From Thermoanaerobaculia bacterium (GTDB lineage: Bacteria; Acidobacteriota; Thermoanaerobaculia; UBA5066), in assembly GCA_038245905.1 (NCBI GenBank), contig JBBRRY010000005.1, positions 72,742-136,741 of the forward strand: a stretch of 64,000 bases of DNA, written 5' to 3'. A model generated the notes under the pieces. That model had not been told where the DNA came from and ran no database searches. It saw only the letters and a list, made by a program, of their open reading frames with translations. Within the stretch, counting starts at the first letter, position 1; each line of letters begins with the position of its first letter. A program made the position numbers and the translations under genes. Positions 30,789-41,768 of this stretch are shown in pieces.

Positions 30789-31923
30789 GCAGGGCCTCCA
30801 CGGCTGGCTGCCGCGCGGCCGTGCGCGCCGGCACGGACGCCACGACGAACGCCCAGAGAGTCGACAGAGCCGCCACGACCACGACGTCGAAGAGGTCCAC
30901 GCGGAACGGCGCGTGGCTCATCCCATAGAGCTGGGCCGGGAGCGGGACGACGCCGAATTTCTCGAGGAGCGTTGCGGCCAAGGTGCCGAGCGCGACGCCG
31001 AGGATCGTCCCGGCGAGGCCCACGCCGCCCCCTGCGGCTCGAAACACGTTCTCCACGGTCTTCGGCGACGCGCCGAGCACCGAGAGCATCGCGGCGTCTC
31101 CCGCGCGCGTCGCGGCGAGGACGGCCGACGTCGCCGCGAGGTTCAGGCCCGCGACGATCACGATCAGGAACACGGCCGCGAAGAGGACGAAGCGTTCGAG
31201 CCGGAGGGCGAGCACGAGGGCCCGGTTCTGCTCCTCCCACGTCGTCACCGTGACGGTGGGACCGAGCGCGGCCGCGACCGCGGCGGCGCCCTTGCCCGGA
31301 TGCCCGGCGTCCTTCAGGAGCACCTCGTAACCCGTCGCCCCGTCGGGGCCGAGCGCGAAGAGGCGCCGCGCCTCGTCGAGCGGCAGGCTTGCCTCGGCCG
31401 CGCGCCTGCCCGCCGACGCGGGCGCGAGCGCCAAGACCTTCATCGTCGAGACGATCGGGACGGGCCCGAGCGGCGACAGTCGCGAGCGCGACGACACGAG
31501 CGTCACGGTCTCGCCCGGCACGACGCCGAGCGGCCGGGCCTGCGCGACGTCGAGGACAAGCCCCTTAGTCCTCTCGCGCCCCACGATCTCGGCGGGAGCC
31601 GCATCCCGCCCCATCGAAACCCAGACACGGCCCCGCGCCACCGGCGAGACGGAAACGACTCCGGGGACGGCGGCGAGTCTTCCGCCCACTCGGTCCACGT
31701 CGTGGAAGGCGCCTCGTCCGGCGGGCGTCACGAGAAGGTGCGGCGTCTCGGCGAGAAGCCGGCTCTTCACGTGCGTCTGAAACCCCGCGAGAAGCGCGAG
31801 CGAAACGACGAGGGCCGCCACGCCGAGCGCGAGCCCGAGAAACGCCGCGAGCGCGACGACGCCCACCTGCGCGTCGCGACGCGACGCGAGGAGATATCTC
31901 CTGGCAAGAAAGAAGGAAATCAA
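30778..31923 (-). CDS. Lipoprotein-releasing ABC transporter permease LolC/E family
   Basis: [23 protein letters not shown], FtsX-like C-terminal TMs; next to lolD. Confidence 0.85.
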   Translation of the reverse strand: MISFFLARRYLLASRRDAQVGVVALAAFLGLALGVAALVVSLALLAGFQTHVKSRLLAETPHLLVTPAGRGAFHDVDRVGGRLAAVPGVVSVSPVARGRVWVSMGRDAAPAEIVGRERTKGLVLDVAQARPLGVVPGETVTLVSSRSRLSPLGPVPIVSTMKVLALAPASAGRRAAEASLPLDEARRLFALGPDGATGYEVLLKDAGHPGKGAAAVAAALGPTVTVTTWEEQNRALVLALRLERFVLFAAVFLIVIVAGLNLAATSAVLAATRAGDAAMLSVLGASPKTVENVFRAAGGGVGLAGTILGVALGTLAATLLEKFGVVPLPAQLYGMSHAPFRVDLFDVVVVAALSTLWAFVVASVPARTAARQPAVEALRGA

Positions 31924-33485
31924 GCTTTCGGTCGCATGAGCGGAAACAGAATTACGTCGCGAATGGAATGCGAGTTCGTGAAGAGCATGGCCAGGCGGTC
32001 GATGCCGACGCCTTCGCCGGCCGTCGGCGGCATCCCGTATGCGAGCGCCTCGACGTAGTCCTCGTCGTAGAGCATCGCCTCGTCGTCACCCTTGCCCCGT
32101 TCGGCCACCTGCGCGCGGAACTTCTCGGCCTGCTCGTCAGGGTCGTTCAGCTCCGAGAAGCCGTTCGCGACCTCCATCCGCCCGATGAAGAGCTCGAAGC
32201 GGTCGGCAATCGACGAATCGTCCGGCTTCGTCTTCGAGAGCGGCGAGATCTCGGCCGGATAGTCGATGACGTACGTGGGCTGAAGAAGCCGTCTCTCCGC
32301 GACGGCGGAGAAAATCTCTGCTAATAGCTTTCCTTTGGAATCGCCGAACCTCTCGAGAGACTCCACTCCAACCTCACCGGCAATTTTTCTTAGAAGGTGA
32401 AGATCGCCGAGGGCCTCCCTCGTGACGCGCGTGCGGCCTCCCGCCTGCACAGGACCATTCGCAGAAATATTCTCCAGGATCGCATCCACCATGCTGACCC
32501 TGCGGAACGGTGCCTTCAGCGAGATCGTCGCGTCGCCCCAGGGCAGGTCCGTGGTTCCGAGGATTTCCTCGGCGGCTGCCGCGAACAGCTCCTCCGTGAG
32601 CGCCATCTGATCGCGCGCGTCCGCGTATGCCGTGTAGAACTCGAGCATCGTGAACTCCGGGTTGTGCTGCGTCGAGATTCCCTCGTTCCGGAAGTTGCGG
32701 TTGATCTCGTACACCCTGGGAAACCCACCCACGACGAGGCGCTTGAGATACAGCTCCGGCGCGATGCGCAGAAAGAGGTCGAGGTCCAGAGCGTTGTGGT
32801 GAGTCCGGAAAGGCCGGGCGGCCGCTCCCCCCGCGAGCGTCTGCATCATCGGCGTCTCCACCTCGACAAAGCCGCGCAGGTCGAAGAAGCGACGGATGAA
32901 GGCGACGATCTTCGCCCGGATCTCGAAAGTGCGCCTGGTTTCGGGAGAGACGATCAGATCGACGTAACGCTGCCGGTACTTCCGCTCGACGTCCGTGAGG
33001 CCGTGCCACTTGTCGGGAAGCGGGCGGAGCGACTTCGAAAGAAAATCGAGCGAGGCCGCCTTGACGGAAAGCTCCCCCGTCCGAGTCCGGAAGATCGATC
33101 CCGCGACGCCCACGTGGTCGCCGAGGTCCAGCTGCTCGAAGAGCTCCCAGTCGCCCGTGCGAAGCGCGTCTTTCTTCACGTAGACCTGGACGCGCTCCGC
33201 GCCGTCGGAAAGGTCGAGAAAGACCGCCTTCCCCATCTTCCGGATCGCGAGGATGCGACCCGGCACGCGCACCAACCGCTCGGCTTCGGGCAGGGATTCG
33301 AGAGCCGCGGCGTCCAAAGACGACCATTTCGCGATCACCTGGAAAACGAGGTGCGTCGGATCCCAGCGGTTCGGGTACATCGACCGTCCGAGGGCGGCGA
33401 TGCGGGCGCGCGCGTCGCGCCGGTTCGCGATCTGCTCGGGGACGCCGGGATCCGGAGAAACGGGGACCTTCGGGTCTTCGGCCAT
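31920..33485 (-). CDS. lysS: Lysine--tRNA ligase (class II)
   Basis: [44 protein letters not shown]. Confidence 0.98.
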   Translation of the reverse strand: MAEDPKVPVSPDPGVPEQIANRRDARARIAALGRSMYPNRWDPTHLVFQVIAKWSSLDAAALESLPEAERLVRVPGRILAIRKMGKAVFLDLSDGAERVQVYVKKDALRTGDWELFEQLDLGDHVGVAGSIFRTRTGELSVKAASLDFLSKSLRPLPDKWHGLTDVERKYRQRYVDLIVSPETRRTFEIRAKIVAFIRRFFDLRGFVEVETPMMQTLAGGAAARPFRTHHNALDLDLFLRIAPELYLKRLVVGGFPRVYEINRNFRNEGISTQHNPEFTMLEFYTAYADARDQMALTEELFAAAAEEILGTTDLPWGDATISLKAPFRRVSMVDAILENISANGPVQAGGRTRVTREALGDLHLLRKIAGEVGVESLERFGDSKGKLLAEIFSAVAERRLLQPTYVIDYPAEISPLSKTKPDDSSIADRFELFIGRMEVANGFSELNDPDEQAEKFRAQVAERGKGDDEAMLYDEDYVEALAYGMPPTAGEGVGIDRLAMLFTNSHSIRDVILFPLMRPKA

Positions 33486-33489
33486 CTGC

Positions 33490-35076
33490 CTACTCCCCGC
33501 CGAGGGCGTCGAAGAGAAGCCAGAGGCCCGCGAAGGCGCGGAGGTGCCGGAAACGCGAACGGGTCAGGTGGTTCCAGGGCTCGATTCCCTCCGATTCCGC
33601 GGCGACGAGGGCCTCCCGGAACAGGCCGTCGATCTCCCGGGCGCGCGCGAGGCACTTGCCGGTGGGCGCGAGCGTGTGCTCGGATGCGGTCGAGTCCCCG
33701 ACCTCGCCCACGAGATCACGCAGGTTACGGGCCTCCTCGTCCATCTTCTGGCGCAGCACGGCCGCGTTGAAGAAAAGACGGTCTCGCGCCGCCGCGGGCT
33801 CGGCATCTTTTCCTTTCCCCAGGATTCGCAGAGCCGAGCGGACTTCCCAGCCCTCGAGCCGGGTGCCGTATTCTGGTGCGCCCCCGGGCGGGTCCGAGCG
33901 GACGAGATCCACGCTGGCGAAGAGCCGGCGCGCCGCATCGGACGTGAGGCGGTCCGTCTCGGCGCGCCAGGTCACGCCCGAGACCGCATCGCGCCGGAAC
34001 GGATGGGGCGTCGCGCCCTTCGCAACGGCTTCCTTCTTCCTTCGACTGCTGCCCGCCGTGGAATCCGAGCCTACGTCGAACTCGTCGGCGGCCGCGGGGT
34101 CGAGTCGCGCGAGGAGCCGGTGAAGTGAGTCCTTGAGGCGTTTGACGTCCCTCGGGCGCACGCCGCGCCTTCGGCTCGCCTTCTCGAACTCGTCTTTGTC
34201 CTTCCGGAAGCGCTCGAGATCCTCGCGGAACTCGGGGCTCATGAAGCGGGCGTCCTGCTCGAGGTCCTTTTCCTTCTCGAGGACCTCGCGGGAGGCCGTT
34301 AGGATGCGCTCCTCCTCCACCTTGTAAAGCAGCTGGAACTTCTTCTTCACGGCGACGTTCGAGGACAGGACCGCTTGCATGACCTCCGCCTCGTAAAACG
34401 CCTTACCCATCCGGTGCTTGAGCGTCCGGATGTTCTCGAGCGTTTTGCGGTTCGACAGATCCTCGAACCTCTCGCAGGCCTCCAGATCGCGCCGCAGGAT
34501 GTCGAGGAGGGAGACGACCGACTGCACCTCCGCGGCGTCGGCCCGGGGCCGTTCCATGAGCGACAGGAGAGCGTCACTCAGTTTCTGCAGCTCCGCGGGA
34601 GGCTTCAGCTCCGCCTCGCCCCCTTTTCCGGGCGTCGTGCCGAGGCGCGTGAAGAGGAAGTCCACCTTGTCCATCTCATCGGGCGAAAGCGAGTTCGCGT
34701 AGTAGTAGAACTTCAGGATGGAGAGAAGAAGCTCTTCGTCACCCGCCTTCACGCGCTCGAAGAACTGGCGCATCGTGCTCGGCGAAATCTGGCGGTCGTC
34801 CCCGGCCAGAGTCGCGTGCAAGGCGTCGAGCTGTATGTCCAGGCGCGTCATCGCCACCCGCGTGTCGTCGGAGTGTTCGACGCCCTTCGTCTCCTTGATC
34901 CGCTTGATCTGCTCGTAAAGAGGAGCGAACGAGACGGCCGGTCCGGTGGACCCGCGCAGGCTCGTCCGGTGCACACCCTGAAGAAACTGATGAAATGTCC
35001 ACAAGGTCTTGAATTTCGCGGAAAGCCGCACATAGGCCTGCGAGATCTCTTCGGATTCCGGCGCTGTGCTGTTCAC
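33490..35076 (-). CDS. Hypothetical helical protein (528 aa), first gene of the lysS-bamA-lpx run
   Basis: Protein-like composition, 4 nt before lysS, no recognised motif. Confidence 0.8.
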   Translation of the reverse strand: MNSTAPESEEISQAYVRLSAKFKTLWTFHQFLQGVHRTSLRGSTGPAVSFAPLYEQIKRIKETKGVEHSDDTRVAMTRLDIQLDALHATLAGDDRQISPSTMRQFFERVKAGDEELLLSILKFYYYANSLSPDEMDKVDFLFTRLGTTPGKGGEAELKPPAELQKLSDALLSLMERPRADAAEVQSVVSLLDILRRDLEACERFEDLSNRKTLENIRTLKHRMGKAFYEAEVMQAVLSSNVAVKKKFQLLYKVEEERILTASREVLEKEKDLEQDARFMSPEFREDLERFRKDKDEFEKASRRRGVRPRDVKRLKDSLHRLLARLDPAAADEFDVGSDSTAGSSRRKKEAVAKGATPHPFRRDAVSGVTWRAETDRLTSDAARRLFASVDLVRSDPPGGAPEYGTRLEGWEVRSALRILGKGKDAEPAAARDRLFFNAAVLRQKMDEEARNLRDLVGEVGDSTASEHTLAPTGKCLARAREIDGLFREALVAAESEGIEPWNHLTRSRFRHLRAFAGLWLLFDALGGE

Positions 35077-35102
35077 GATTCGTGGATGATAATCTGACTC
35101 TC

Positions 35103-35621
35103 GTGATCGACCGTATCCTGCTTTCCGAAGAGACGATCGCGAAGCGTCTCGACGTCCTCGCGAAGGAAATCGACGCCGTGTACGCGGGCAAGGACCTCCT
35201 CGCCATCGGGATCCTGAAGGGCTCGGTCTTCTTCCTCACCGACCTCTTGAAGCGCCTCAAGGTCCCCGTCGCGGTGGACTTTCTCCAGGTGCGCTCCTAC
35301 GCCGGGACGAGCTCCTCGGGAAATATCAACATCGTCCACGACCTCTCGATGGACATTCAGGGCAAGCACGTCCTCCTGTTCGAGGACGTGATCGATTCGG
35401 GGCTGACTCTCCGGAAGATCCTCGAGCTTCTCGGATCGCGCAAGCCCCGTTCCCTCCGCGTGGCGGCCCTCCTCAAGAAGAAGCTTCCCGAAAACAGGGA
35501 CATTCACGCGGAATTCCTCGGATTCGAGATCGGCCCCGAGTTCGTCGTGGGCTACGGCCTCGACCTCGACGAAAAATACCGCAATCTGCCGCACGTGGCT
35601 GTATGGGACCCCACGCGATGA
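35103..35621 (+). CDS. hpt: Hypoxanthine phosphoribosyltransferase
   Basis: GILKGS, VLLFEDVIDSGLTL, FVVGYGLD..EKYRNLP; start placed at GTG 35103. Confidence 0.95.
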   Translation: MIDRILLSEETIAKRLDVLAKEIDAVYAGKDLLAIGILKGSVFFLTDLLKRLKVPVAVDFLQVRSYAGTSSSGNINIVHDLSMDIQGKHVLLFEDVIDSGLTLRKILELLGSRKPRSLRVAALLKKKLPENRDIHAEFLGFEIGPEFVVGYGLDLDEKYRNLPHVAVWDPTR

Positions 35622-36016
35622 ACCAGGACGCCATGAACATGAAAACCGTCTCCGTCGAGGACGCTCCCAAGGCCATCGGCCCATACGCCCAGGGCATCGT
35701 CGCGGGCGGCCTCCTGTTCACGGCCGGCCAGACGCCGCTCGATCCGGCGACGATGAAGCTCGTCGCGGGCGACGTCGGAGCGCAGACGCACCGCGTCCTC
35801 GACAACCTCGAGGCCGTACTGCGCGGCGCGGGCGCGACGCTGGCGGACGTCGTCCGCGCCGGCGTGTTTCTCGTCGATATGGCGGACTTCGCGAAAATGA
35901 ACGAGGCTTACGCGGCGCGTTTCGGCGACCACCGCCCCGCGCGCACGACCGTCGCCGTCGCGGCGCTTCCCCTCGGCGCCCGGGTGGAGATCGATCTCGT
36001 CGTCCGCGTAGGATAG
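35618..36016 (+). CDS. ridA: RidA/YjgF family reactive intermediate deaminase
   Basis: APKAIGPYAQ, AGQTPLDP, PARTTVAV, VEID. Confidence 0.92.
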   Translation: MNQDAMNMKTVSVEDAPKAIGPYAQGIVAGGLLFTAGQTPLDPATMKLVAGDVGAQTHRVLDNLEAVLRGAGATLADVVRAGVFLVDMADFAKMNEAYAARFGDHRPARTTVAVAALPLGARVEIDLVVRVG

Positions 36017-36053
36017 GCCCCCTGTCCCGACACTTCGGACGTCAAGGAGCCCC

Positions 36054-36491
36054 ATGCGCTGGAATCGCTGCCTCCCTGCTCTCGCCTTGCTCATCTTCCT
36101 TCCGGTCCGCGCCGACGAGGGCGCGGCGAGCGCCCAACAGAAGGAGCCCGCTGCAAAGAAGGCTCCGACTGCTGCGGCGAACCCCGCGGCCCGGTCCTCC
36201 CTGACCGTGGCGCGCGATCCCGTGACCGGCGCCCTGCGTCCTCTGACCGCCGAAGAGGCACGCCAGCTCATCGGAAGGCAACCTCTGGTCGCGCGCGACC
36301 CGCAGGTCGTCACGCTGCCGGACGGAACCCGGATGATGCGGCTCGGACCGGAACACGCCAGCCTTTCCGTCGCCCGGAAGAATCCGGACGGAACGCTCAC
36401 GAGCGAGTGCGTCCACGGCACGGCTGAAGCACGAGCCTTCCTCGAGGCCGCGCCTGGACCCGTTCCGGCCCCCGCGACCCGGGAGAGGTAG
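36054..36491 (+). CDS. Small secreted protein preceding PA-domain peptidase
   Basis: AAGGAG RBS, signal peptide, VARDPVTGALRPLTAEE, ARKNPDG.L..EC. Confidence 0.75.
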   Translation: MRWNRCLPALALLIFLPVRADEGAASAQQKEPAAKKAPTAAANPAARSSLTVARDPVTGALRPLTAEEARQLIGRQPLVARDPQVVTLPDGTRMMRLGPEHASLSVARKNPDGTLTSECVHGTAEARAFLEAAPGPVPAPATRER

Positions 36492-36498
36492 AAGCAAC

Positions 36499-38574
36499 AT
36501 GCCGCGCCGCTCGCTGTTGCTGCCTCTCCTCCTCCTCGCGACGCTCGCCGCCCGGCCCCTTTTCGCGGTGAGCATCGTCATCGTCAATACGGATCCGGCG
36601 GGAGCCGGCCTCAACGATCCGACTCCGGTCTCCCCCGTCGGTGGAAACGCGGGCACGACGCTCGGCCAGCAGCGCCTTCTCGTGTTCCAGCAGGCCGCCG
36701 CGATCTGGGGTGGGCTTCTCACGAGCTCCGTCCCGATCCGGGTGAGCGCGAGCTTTGCTCCTCTCACGTGCAGCGAGACGTCCGGCGTCATCGGTTCGAC
36801 CTTCGCGAACACGGTCTACTCCGATTTCACCGGAGCCCCCATGACGGGGACGTGGTACCCGAAAGGGTTCGCGAACAGGTTCGTGGGCTCGGACCTCGAC
36901 GGCACGACGTTCGACATGACGGCGCAGTTCAACAGCTCCCTCGGTCAGACGGGCTGCCTCACGGGCGCGTCGCTCTATCTCGGCTTCGACAATCTCGCCG
37001 GGACAAAAATCAATTTCCTCACGGTCGCCCTGCACGAGTTCGCCCACGGGCTCGGGTTCTTCTCGGTCGTGAAATCCACCGGAGCGTTCCTCGGCACCCC
37101 GGCCATTCCTTCCATCTTCGACCGCTTCATCTACGACGACACGCTCGGCCAGACGTGGGACAAGCTCACGGACGCCCAGCGTGCGACGTCCCAGGTCAAC
37201 ACCGGCAGCCTCTCGTGGTCCGGTACGGCCGCGAACGCGTTCGCGGCCTCGTATCTGGGCAAGAGGCAGCGGCTGCTCGTGACCGCTCCCCCGGCCGTGG
37301 CCGGCGCCTACTCCTTTGGCACGGCCGACTTCGGACCCGCGCCCTCGAATCCCGGCGTCACGGGTCAGATCGTCGCCGCCACGTCGAGCCTGGCCACGGA
37401 CGGCTGCAGCGCGATCACGTCGAGCGTCTCCGGCAAGATCGCGCTGATGGATCGCGGAACGTGCAATTTCACGGTCAAAGTCAAGAACGCCCAGAACGCA
37501 GGTGCGATCGGCGCGATCATCGCGGACAACATCGTCGAGGGCCTGCGCGGGATGTCCGGCACGGACGCCACGATCACGATCCCCTCCGTCCTCGTCACGA
37601 TGAGCGACGGCACGACGCTTCGCGCGAACCTTCCCGCGTCGGCGAATCTCGGCACCGACGCGACGCTCCTCGCCGGCGCGGACGCGGCCGGCCGGATGCT
37701 CCTCTACGCGCCGAACCCGCGCGAAAGCGGTTCGTCGGTGTCCCACTTCGACACGACGGCGTTTCCGAACCTTCTCATGGAGCCGAACATCTCGTCCGAC
37801 CTGCCGATCGGCGTCGACGCCACGCTTCCGCTGTTCAACGACATCGGGTGGTTCGCCGGTACGAGCGGCCCGTCGACGACGTATCTCTTGCCCTCGAGCG
37901 CCCACGCGGGCGGCAAGAACAACGCCTTCTACACGACGGACCTGACGATCGCGAACCGCGGCGGGACGGACGCGAATCTCACGCTCCAGTTCCTGGGCCA
38001 CGACCAGGACGGCACCGCGGGCGCGAGGCAGCTTCGCGCGCTCGCGTCGAACAGGGCCGTGACCTACGCCGACGTTCTCGCGTCGATCTTCGGCGTCAAT
38101 GCCACGGATGCGCAGAACTACGGCGCGATCCTCGTCACGGCCGACTCGGCGTCGCTCAAGGTCGTCAGCCAGACGTCGACGCCGCCACCGAACGGCGTCG
38201 GGACGTTCGGTCAGGCCGTTCCGGCCCAGGGCGCGAACGACTTCGTCACGCCGTCCTCGCCGAAGTCTCTCGTCGCCCTCCGCGACGACACGTCCTTCCA
38301 CACGAACCTCGTCCTCGCGAACGCGACGACCTCGGGCGTCGTCGTAAACCTCATGCTGCTCGGCGCGGACGGCTCGACGTTCGGCACGACCTCCCGGACG
38401 CTGTCTCCTCTCGGGATGACGCAAATCGGCAACGCCGTCACGGCGCTCGGTGCGCCCTTCGGCACGACGAACGCGGTTCTCGTCGTGTCGACCGCGACGG
38501 CCGGCGCGCAGGTCGCGACGTACGCCTCGGTCATCGACAACACCACGAACGACCCGAGGACGATCCTTCCGTAA
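36499..38574 (+). CDS. Secreted zinc metallopeptidase with PA domain and C-terminal beta-sandwich module
   Basis: HEFAHGLGF, PA motif GKIALMDRGTCNFTVKVKNAQNAGAIG, SSVSHFD, LMEP. Confidence 0.88.
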   Translation: MPRRSLLLPLLLLATLAARPLFAVSIVIVNTDPAGAGLNDPTPVSPVGGNAGTTLGQQRLLVFQQAAAIWGGLLTSSVPIRVSASFAPLTCSETSGVIGSTFANTVYSDFTGAPMTGTWYPKGFANRFVGSDLDGTTFDMTAQFNSSLGQTGCLTGASLYLGFDNLAGTKINFLTVALHEFAHGLGFFSVVKSTGAFLGTPAIPSIFDRFIYDDTLGQTWDKLTDAQRATSQVNTGSLSWSGTAANAFAASYLGKRQRLLVTAPPAVAGAYSFGTADFGPAPSNPGVTGQIVAATSSLATDGCSAITSSVSGKIALMDRGTCNFTVKVKNAQNAGAIGAIIADNIVEGLRGMSGTDATITIPSVLVTMSDGTTLRANLPASANLGTDATLLAGADAAGRMLLYAPNPRESGSSVSHFDTTAFPNLLMEPNISSDLPIGVDATLPLFNDIGWFAGTSGPSTTYLLPSSAHAGGKNNAFYTTDLTIANRGGTDANLTLQFLGHDQDGTAGARQLRALASNRAVTYADVLASIFGVNATDAQNYGAILVTADSASLKVVSQTSTPPPNGVGTFGQAVPAQGANDFVTPSSPKSLVALRDDTSFHTNLVLANATTSGVVVNLMLLGADGSTFGTTSRTLSPLGMTQIGNAVTALGAPFGTTNAVLVVSTATAGAQVATYASVIDNTTNDPRTILP

Positions 38575-38606
38575 GGAGGTTCGAGAAAAGGGACGGCGGC
38601 ACACGC

Positions 38607-38642
38607 ATGGCCATGACCGTCGGCATCATGGGATTCGGGAGG
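38607..38642 (+). pseudogene. 12-codon remnant resembling a GAPDH N-terminus
   Basis: ATG-initiated MAMTVGIMGFGR, matching (V/I)GINGFGR; similarity stops abruptly. Confidence 0.5.
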
Positions 38643-38655
38643 ACCCCTAGAATCT

Positions 38656-39699
<1,044 letters not shown>

Positions 39700-39706
39700 G
39701 CTCCGA

Positions 39707-40180
39707 TCATCCCAGAACGAGCGCGGCGAGGGCGAGGAGGAAGCCGAGGAAGTCGATCTTGCTCCCTCGCGCGCGAGCAGCATCCCGTTTCGATTGCCAG
39801 GGCGCTCGAAGATTTTCTTCGAGGGTGGACGAGCGTTCGTCGTAGTACCGGGCCTTCGGCGCCACGACCATGACGGAGTAGACGAGGGAGGCCACGAGGA
39901 CGAAGAGCACGACGGCCCTCGCGACGTGCGAAGGCGGCAGCGCGCTGCCCATGACCTGCACTTCGAGCAGCACGCCGACGAGGAGCGCCCCCGCCGCCAC
40001 GAACCGCGCCCGGCCGAAGCCCTCCCCCTCCTCCCCTTCAAAGAAAATTCTCTTCTCTTCCTCCGGCTCGGCCCTCGTCATCCTCCCCAACACCCGGGCC
40101 AGCGGCAATCCGACGAAGACGGACAGCCCGAGCGCGACGAGAACGCGAGACACTTCGAGCAGAAAATCAGGCAGCGACAT
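39707..40180 (-). CDS. Hypothetical membrane protein (about 4 TM)
   Basis: Four hydrophobic segments; TAGACT 7 nt upstream of ATG. Confidence 0.7.
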   Translation of the reverse strand: MSLPDFLLEVSRVLVALGLSVFVGLPLARVLGRMTRAEPEEEKRIFFEGEEGEGFGRARFVAAGALLVGVLLEVQVMGSALPPSHVARAVVLFVLVASLVYSVMVVAPKARYYDERSSTLEENLRAPWQSKRDAARARGSKIDFLGFLLALAALVLG

Positions 40181-40212
40181 TTCGGCGAGTCTAGCGGGAT
40201 AATTCGACCGGG

Positions 40213-40875
40213 ATGGGCCTCTTCGTCATCGACTCCTTCGCCGTGGGTCCGCTCGGATGCAACTGCTCCATCGTGGGCGACCCCAACACGAAGGAGGCGG
40301 TGGTCGTGGACCCGGGCGACGAGCCCGACCGCATCCTCGAGGCGCTTTCCGGGAGCGGGTTTCATCCCGTCGCCCTCGTTCACACCCACGCGCACTTCGA
40401 TCACATGGGCTGCTCGGCGCTCCTCAAGCGCATCACGGGCGCCCCCATCCTGCTGCACGAGGGCGACCGGCCTCTGTATCACAACCTTCTCGAACAGGGG
40501 CAGACGTTCGGCCTCACACTGGATGCCCCCGGCATCGTCGACCGGCTCCTCAGGCATGGCGACCGCGTCGTCTGCGGCAAAAACGAGCTCGAGGTCCTCC
40601 ACACGCCCGGCCACACACCCGGCAGCCTCTGCTTCCGGATGCCCTGCGAGGACGGGGACGTGCTCTTTTCCGGCGACACTCTTTTCCGGCGTTCCATCGG
40701 CCGCACGGACCTCTGGGGGGGATCGACCCCGCAGATTCTGACGTCCATCAAGGAGCAGCTCCTGACCCTTCCCGGCGCACTCCGCGTCATCCCGGGACAC
40801 GGCGAGGAGACTACGATTGCCGAGGAAGGCCGCCGAAATCCGTTCGTCGGGGATCCGAATTACCGGCCGGTATAA
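40213..40875 (+). CDS. MBL-fold metallo-hydrolase (glyoxalase II-like)
   Basis: HTHAHFDH, HTPGHTPGS, SGDTLF, PGHG. Confidence 0.93.
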   Translation: MGLFVIDSFAVGPLGCNCSIVGDPNTKEAVVVDPGDEPDRILEALSGSGFHPVALVHTHAHFDHMGCSALLKRITGAPILLHEGDRPLYHNLLEQGQTFGLTLDAPGIVDRLLRHGDRVVCGKNELEVLHTPGHTPGSLCFRMPCEDGDVLFSGDTLFRRSIGRTDLWGGSTPQILTSIKEQLLTLPGALRVIPGHGEETTIAEEGRRNPFVGDPNYRPV

Positions 40876-40884
40876 TCCCTGCGC

Positions 40885-41550
40885 ATGAGACTCACGTACG
40901 AAGAGAGCGCGGCCCTCCTGAACAAGTTCTGGTCCGGCCAGCCTGTCCCGTCTCCGCAGACGGGCCGCCCGATGCGCGCGTTCTTCGTGGATCGCAGCTT
41001 CAATCCGCAGGTCGTCATGATCGGCGGAGCGGGCGAGCACCTCCGCTTCGACCAGAAGCCGCGCCAGATCGAGTTCTCGGCCGGACACATCAAGTCCATG
41101 GTGCGCGACGCGAAGGAGCGCGAGAACCCGGTCTGCCCGCAGGATTTCGAGCCGCTCGTCGTCTCGCGCACGCCGGCCGTCCGCTTCCCCAACGAGTGGG
41201 ACTGGCAGTTTCACTGCCCTAAGTGCTTCTCGTTCGGAAGCTGGGAATACACCGACAAGAAAGACGACGTCGCCCTGAAGCCGGCGGTCCGGAAGGACGC
41301 GCCCGCGTTCCACGACGAGACCATCCCGCTCCTGAAGCGCATGGAGATGGCGAAGACCGGCGACCTCGCGCTCAAGCTCTATGCGGCCATGGCGCAGACC
41401 GATTGCACGGCCTGCGGGTACGACTGCGAGGGCTACGCGAAGGCCATCGCGGACGGCAAGGAGAAAGACATCTCCCTCTGCGTCCCCGGCAAGGCCGAGA
41501 CGGAGGACGTCCTCAAGAAGCTCGTCGCGGGCACCTACAGCTTCGCCTGA
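40885..41550 (+). CDS. Fe-S protein: N-terminal Zn-ribbon-like region plus RnfB-N-type FeS domain
   Basis: CPQD...HCPKC and AMAQTDCTACGYDC..YAKAI...LCVPG. Confidence 0.8.
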   Translation: MRLTYEESAALLNKFWSGQPVPSPQTGRPMRAFFVDRSFNPQVVMIGGAGEHLRFDQKPRQIEFSAGHIKSMVRDAKERENPVCPQDFEPLVVSRTPAVRFPNEWDWQFHCPKCFSFGSWEYTDKKDDVALKPAVRKDAPAFHDETIPLLKRMEMAKTGDLALKLYAAMAQTDCTACGYDCEGYAKAIADGKEKDISLCVPGKAETEDVLKKLVAGTYSFA

Positions 41551-41768
41551 TCCTCCGCGAGCATCGCCTCGATCACAGGGCGACAGCGCTCTCCCGCGCA
41601 CTCGCCCGTGGTGCAGCCCGTGGCGTTCGCCACGTCAAGAACTGTCCGCGCGCCGCGGTCGATCGCCTCTTTCACGCGCGGATACCGGATCGTGTTGCAG
41701 ATACACACGGGCCGGAACTTCAGCAGCATGAGCTGGCGTTTCTCTTCGGTCGAGAGCGCGGAGGGCAT
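41535..41768 (-). CDS. BFD-like (2Fe-2S) protein
   Basis: VCICN.I....VKEAI..GA...V...TGCTTGECAGERC; coupled to def stop (TGATG). Confidence 0.8.
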   Translation of the reverse strand: MPSALSTEEKRQLMLLKFRPVCICNTIRYPRVKEAIDRGARTVLDVANATGCTTGECAGERCRPVIEAMLAEDQAKL

